DNA of 64,000 nucleotides from Podarcis bocagei. Its lineage: Eukaryota. The notes under the pieces were generated by a model, which was not told the origin of the DNA, ran no database searches, and worked only from the letters and a program-made list of their open reading frames with translations. The stretch is taken from assembly GCA_964188305.1 (NCBI GenBank), contig OZ076893.1; one strand, given 5' to 3'. Below, piece after piece: positions 57,932 to 64,000 of the stretch (within the stretch, counting starts at the first letter, position 1; every line of letters begins with the position of its first letter). A program made the position numbers and the translations under genes.

Positions 57932-60900
57932 ATACTCCTTCAGACTAGACATTCACAATTGTCCATGGTGTGATTGACCAAACATGCCTGTGAATTAGGG
58001 GTGTAATCTAATTTTTTAAAAAAGAAACTTAACCATGTGAGTTTGAGTCAATTAATCAATGAATTGTTAGAAGGTGCGTAAATTCCCATGGGATTTTTTT
58101 TCTAAAGAAAAATGTACTTTAAAAATATGCATATTTTTCAGCAGGCTGTGTCAGAGAAATTCTTCTTTCTGTCATGGAAGGCAATACCTTTTTTTAATAG
58201 TGGTGATTACTATGTACAATGCTTTCCAGTAATTGTAGTGAACATTAATTACAATTTTGAAGCAATGTAGGATGTCTTTTTACTTGATCTAAATATTTTT
58301 AATAGTTTGACTAAGCGCATCTGCCTGCTTGCTGATCCTTTCTCTCTAGGTGGTGCAGCTATAGAGCGTTGGCAATGGAAAAAGCAGACATCTCTCATGT
58401 GATCACCTGCACTCTCCCTCTGCATGGTACAGTGGTGAGGAATGAGCCCAATTGTCCTCACCATTCCACCAGCTTTGAGAGCATGAGCATGAAGAGACAA
58501 TAGGGTTAAGGAAAGGTCAAGTGATAGTTGCCTCTGAATGCCCAATTATCCTCTCCCTCTAGAAGCCCGTACCTGCTCATGCGTTCTTCCTTTGGGTGCT
58601 GGAGCAGGAAGAATTAGGCCCAGCAAAGCAGCTGATGTTCTTTGGAGGAGCAGTCACTACTTCTGCTTACTGGGCAGTATTGCGGCAAAAATTGGACCCA
58701 CACACTCTGCCATCCACAGGGAGAGTGCTGTTTAGCGAGTGGTTGCTCCTTCCATGACTAGAGGTCTCTGCTGCACTGCCCAGAGAGATGGGTAAGCAAG
58801 TTGGCAGAGGTAACTTCTTGAGATTTCTTGCCAAGTAGTACCATGGGCCCAGTCCTCCCTATGACAGTGTCTATACCATGAGCAAGAGAGATAGTGGGAG
58901 CAGCTGCTGCTTTCCTTTGCTTGTGGATGGAGGAGGTGTTGAGGGTGGTTTCTGTGGGCTTCCTGGCTAGGATGTTCTTTCTCCTTCCTGCGCTTCAGCC
59001 TCTGCTACAGAGCAGGGGAAAGGAGAAGAGATTGCTGTTTAGTGTTTGCCAGTTCTCTCTAGAAGTTTTAATATGTATGTGTTAGTGTTTATTTCAAACA
59101 TTAACATTTAGAATAAGTCTCCAAAAGCATTAAACTGTGAATCCCATGTAGACTTTGGATATTTGGAATGATAAGAACATGAGTGAGGGGCACATTGCTA
59201 TTTTCATCCTTCGCTTCCCCTCCCATTTCACCTGGAAGGAAGATGTGCATCCTTCAACCATCTGTACTGTTGAATCCTTATTCTGATTTCTGTCAGACAC
59301 TTCTAGTTTTGGTGGTATATATTTTGGTGGTGTTTTCTCATATCGAAAGATTTCTAAGCACAAGCAAATATTTGTTTGTGACAAAAAAATTAAGGTACCT
59401 GTGCAATTAGAAATTGCACTGAAGCATTCCTTATTCTCTTGTAATATAACTGTGACAAGTCAGTACATGTAGGAATGGAGAACAAAACTTAATTCACATT
59501 CAGTGTTCTAAAGGATATGTCTTCTAATGTTGCAGTTCTAAGCACACTTTCTTGGAGCATATCCTATTGAAGCTAGAGGCACTTGCTTCCGAGTAAGCTT
59601 GCATGGGACTGTGCTGTAAAATAAGATTAAAACACTAATAAGTAGACAGATTTTTAGCTCTGTATATGAGCATCCATCAGAGCTAATGAACAAAGTGATA
59701 AGTAAGGTAACATTGAGACAAAAACAAAACAAAACTCATGCTAGATGGAAGTCTAAACAGGCTGTGTAAGGAGCCTCAGCGTCATAGTAAAGTTTTATGA
59801 GTGATAAAAGTAAAGTTCAGTGATGGAACTATTGGAAGGGAGTTTGAAAAAAGTAGAAAACATTGAAACTTTGTAATGCTATTATATACAACTATGGTGT
59901 ACCTGCTTTTGGAATACTTTGTATGCTTTCGGTTGGAATTAGTAGGGAGAGGATTTGAAAGCAGCAGCAAGTACAGCAATATAAAAATATAGTGTACCCA
60001 CTTTAGAATACTTAGTGCAACTTTTGTGTAGTCCTACAAAAAGAACTTGAAAAGGTACAGAAAATGGTAACTATAGTGATAATGGCATGATGATGATGAC
60101 TCATCCTTTAAAAGTCTTATGTCTTTAGCCATTGTCGTCATTCTCTGATTGTGAGCTTTTCCAGGGTATCCACCTGCCACTATTTGAGAAAACAACAAAA
60201 AGTCTTGTAACACCTTAAAGACCAGCACATACAGAGAGAGCACATGATGGAAGAAAGGGAAAATTAAACAAGTAGAAGAGTTGATAACCGAAATAATAGG
60301 TTTAAGCTGTTTTGATCCATAAAGATAATTCTCTGCACCATGCAGTGCTACTGTGAAATTGCTATCCTGATAGTCCTCAAAAACTATTTCTATAATGCCT
60401 CTTTGTTTCAGATAGGTTAACTTTGCATCATGCTTTCGGTCAGGCTAAATTGTCATACATTTAAGCAGTCTGTTTTATATTGTTGTAATAGCTCAGTGGC
60501 ATCAGCATACTGGTGATGAAACTGCTTCATGCCAAATCAATGCAGTCCACTTTTAGTTGTGACTAATAGCTCAGTTATTGGCTCTGCTTTGCTCCTTCCT
60601 TTGAGTGTTTGTTCCTGACTGGAATGTGTCCTTGAGCTCTGATAATGTTTCTTGCCTGCCTGGATAGAAGATAGAGAGGGGTATGTAGGAATTAGTATAC
60701 TGTACAAATAAAATATTCATTGTCCTTTGCTTTGCCCACTTTCGCCTGTGACCCCTGGAAGGTTTCCCAGAAGGGAATGCAGCCCTCCGACCAAAGCCAG
60801 CCGGCTCGTGAGGTGGTATGAAGTGCCCACTTCAGGTGGCAGAAGCACAAGAGGCAGTGTTTAGCCCACCCCACTGATTCCACCATCCCCAGAATACCCT

Positions 60901-61764
60901 CCCCTCTTGCCAGTGAGAGGGAGGCATTCCAGCATGTGGTGTTGCACCTTGTCTTCCCTGTTCCTGGGCAGAGAAGCCAAGCAGCAACGCTTTGTGGAAT
61001 TGCTCCGGCAGTGATGGGGGGGGGGGTGCAGCGACAGAAGTGGTGAGAGGGTGTGGGAGCACACAGCAGCAATTCCCATTTTACCTTAGGATGGTAATGA
61101 AATGGGGGGCTGCTTTTCTGACTGAAAGTTTCCTCATCCCTGCATTATAGCAGGATAAGCTGCTAGTGCAAGCAGCCTGTATGCTCACTTGATATGGAGG
61201 AAAAAATGACTTCTTGCACCTTTTGGGGTTGTTTTTCTGCATGCATCTGAGGATGCTTCTCAAGAAAAATAAAAAATATTAAGCTTTTGTATTTGTGCAA
61301 GGAGGGGACAGCTCTTTTCACATGTATCCCATCAAATTGCAGTTCAGTATGCCATCTGATAACTAGATTGAAACTTAGATAGACCTAAGTTCCTACTTGG
61401 AAGTCAGTGTTCAGAGCCATGACCATGAGTATTATAAACTCTAAAACCACTGCTAATGGTGCGTCATAACTCACACCCAAGTGACTCTCCTCAGTTACTC
61501 ATAAATCTGTACTTAGCGGTTCTCTCTGACCAAATGAATTTCTAACTTAGTTGCAAGTAGGGAGAATAAATTATCACTTGAAGTTAAGGATTGATTTGCT
61601 ATTCCATCAGTTTGCTAAGATAACTGCAAATGCATTTTAATGTATCAACTGAACATTGCTGTCTGCTTTACATAACTGAATCTTAATGATGGAGATGAAT
61701 TTATAAAAATTAGTTCTGGGTATGGAAAGTAGCTGATGGGCAGCCTTGTGTGAGTCGCATTTCT

Positions 61765-63860
61765 CTTTATTATTATTTTTAAATAATATTTATTGAATTT
61801 CCAAAAAATTAAATTTAAACACTACAAACAAAAAAGGAAAAAAGGAAAAAAACAAAAAACAAACAAACGAAAAACAACACAATACAATACAAAAACACTA
61901 CAAAACTAACACATAAGACAAATAAAACAAAACAAAGACAATTTAAAACATATTAAACAATTTCAATGTCATATCTTTCGTTCGCTTATTTCCACGACTT
62001 CCTCACACCTCCCTTTTTGTATTCCACATCAATTAATTATTTCAGCAATTCCTTTCCATCTTCCCCTGTTTTCTATCCTATAATTATCTTAACACATTCT
62101 AACCTTATTTTGTTCCCTTTAATACTCTATTGATCTATTTATACTTAATTCCTTATAACATTTCTGCTAAAGCCATATAACTTCATTCCAACTGTGTTCT
62201 AACATTCATTAATTTTGCAATATTTCTATAAATAGTCTTTAAACTTCCAGTCTTCTTCCACCAGCTCTTCTCCCTGGTCTCGGATTCTGCCGATTCTCTC
62301 AGCCAGCAAAAAGCAGATGATTCACAACAAAACTTAGGGGTCTGGCAGGGCAGGTCCACCACCTCCTTTAGCATCCGTTAATATCTTAAGTTTTACTCGG
62401 GGCTTCCTGCCCTGCCAAACAAATCTAGAGACGTCCCTCTGCCACCTCCTGAAACAATCCCTCCCATCCAAAGCTTGCAATGTTTGAAACAAAAACAGCA
62501 TCCCCAACATCACAGCAACCCTCATCCCCACCACCACAACAACTCGGCCCAAGAATAACCACTTCCAATTTAACCCTGATTCCAAATCCCCCTTCTCTTC
62601 AAGCCAACGTCCTTCACAATTGCCCTTGAATAAATTCACATTTCCTCGGGTAGGGCTCTGATCCTCAATTTCATCTGTTTCTCTTTAAGTTCAGTCAAAA
62701 CCAGTGTCAGCTTGAATTCATAAAGTTGTCCTTGAATGGATGGGACTCTCTCCAGTTGAATTACTTTAACTTCAGCAGCAAGGGTTTTCTCCTTAACTTC
62801 ATCCGCAGTTTGCCGTATCAGGATAGATTCCTGTATCAGTTTCTGGGTGGTTTCTATATTAGTATTCACCTTTTGTCCCAGGTTATTTAAACTTTCTACC
62901 ATTAAGTCAGTTTTAATATTTGCAGCATCCACTTTCATATTTATCACATCCATTTTCTTGTGAAGTTGTTCCAGCGAGTCATTTATTTTCACTAATACAA
63001 CCGCTAAGGCCTCTTCTGGCGACATTCCGTCTTTCCCATCTGCCATAACACTCAATAGATTCAAGGTCAATCTCACAGTCTCACGGGTGTTATCTTACCG
63101 CTTGAAATTTCCCAGCCCAGATCTTATGTAGCCGCCAGCTTCAAGAACTTCCACTAGAGGGAAACAGTTTCTATTTGTATTGATACATAATATCCTCTTA
63201 TAGGCACAGTTGAAACGACCCAAAACTAATTTCAAAGTTACTTTCACTGCTGGAGACAGTAGAAACAATGTATCTTCTCTTATGCTAGCTGTCAATGAAT
63301 GATCCAAACGCTGTCAATAAACATCCCACCAAACGTCGGACCGACTAGCAGCCCGTTCCCAGGGTCCGAGCAGCGGTATTTTGCCTCTCTTGGTCTCTTC
63401 CGCAGGCAGACTCAGTCCACAACTCCCCCCCCCCTTCTTCTGCCTCCAAGGGGAGGATTGTATTCTTTACTTATGGAAATTTAGTCTTTACAAAAGGCTT
63501 TCCAAGAATTCAGCTTGCAGCCTCAATTGCTTCAGTCTATTTACAAAAGGGGAAGGCGGACTTCCTGTATTGAACCTTCCCCGTTCCGATGCCAAATTAG
63601 ACGTTTTTAAAAATCCAATTTTCCCGATTAAGCTCTACTCACAGGTAGTTATTTTAGAGTCAAATTGTCCACAGGAAAAAGTCAGCGCTCTCCGACAACA
63701 GCTATGCGGCTTCGCTCCGTGGAAGAAGCAGATGATTCGAAGCACCGCGCTGCTCACCCCACGTCGCTCCGGATCCCCGAAATCGGGTTTCCCCGCGAGT
63801 GGGGGAGGCGCAAAAGGTGCCCGCCGAATCCCACGCTCACAGGCTTCTCAGATATGACCC
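61765..63860 (-). mobile_element. L1-clade LINE with 5' UTR, ORF1 N-terminus, two large internal deletions, ORF2 remnants and 3' UTR/tail
   Basis: ORF1 coiled-coil ending LRIRALPE; ORF2 post-RT motif MLFLFQ..FVWQGRKPR..GG..LPD; T-rich 3' UTR, AATAAA and A-rich tail; CpG-rich 5' UTR; 5' boundary approximate. Confidence 0.85.
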
Positions 63861-64000
63861 AGCTAAAATCCTATGGCATACTGTTCTATTTCTTTAGTTC
63901 AGAAGTTGCCACTTCCATGTTGAGAGATACTATTGGTAGATGTACAGGCGTACTTTTTCTTTCTGTATAAGGTTGGTAGGTGAGAGAAGGAACCAGTTGG

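Overview
Vertebrate genomic DNA, very likely a squamate (lacertid-like lizard), judging from Sauria SINEs, BovB, L2/CR1, L1 and Penelope-like repeats. It carries the conserved amniote synteny block ATP6V1C1 (exons 4-13 by human numbering, +), BAALC (all three coding exons, +) and FZD6 (promoter and first coding exon, +). ATP6V1C1 intron 10 holds an intact, very young 6.5-kb Ty3/Gypsy chromovirus-type (Tf1/sushi-like) LTR retrotransposon on the - strand. It has matching 753-bp LTRs, a 5-bp TSD, a tRNA-independent 11-nt self-priming signature and a GGGAAAC -1 frameshift with a pseudoknot. Its chromodomain lacks the aromatic cage, and an unusual ~370-aa acidic integrase tail reads through the PPT and all of U3 and contains FxGF/DIFG motifs resembling host LEDGF/TFIIS-domain-binding motifs. 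Between ATP6V1C1 and BAALC a 1.4-kb hAT element (perfect TIRs, 8-bp TSD) carries what looks like a captured CpG-island promoter and first exon (Pack-TIR-like). FZD6 intron 2 holds a Penelope-like hairpin and a doubly deleted L1 with an apparent A>G/T>C-biased segment. Most short ORFs in the supplied track are spurious. Repeat family names and protein comparisons come from recalled consensus features, not from database searches.
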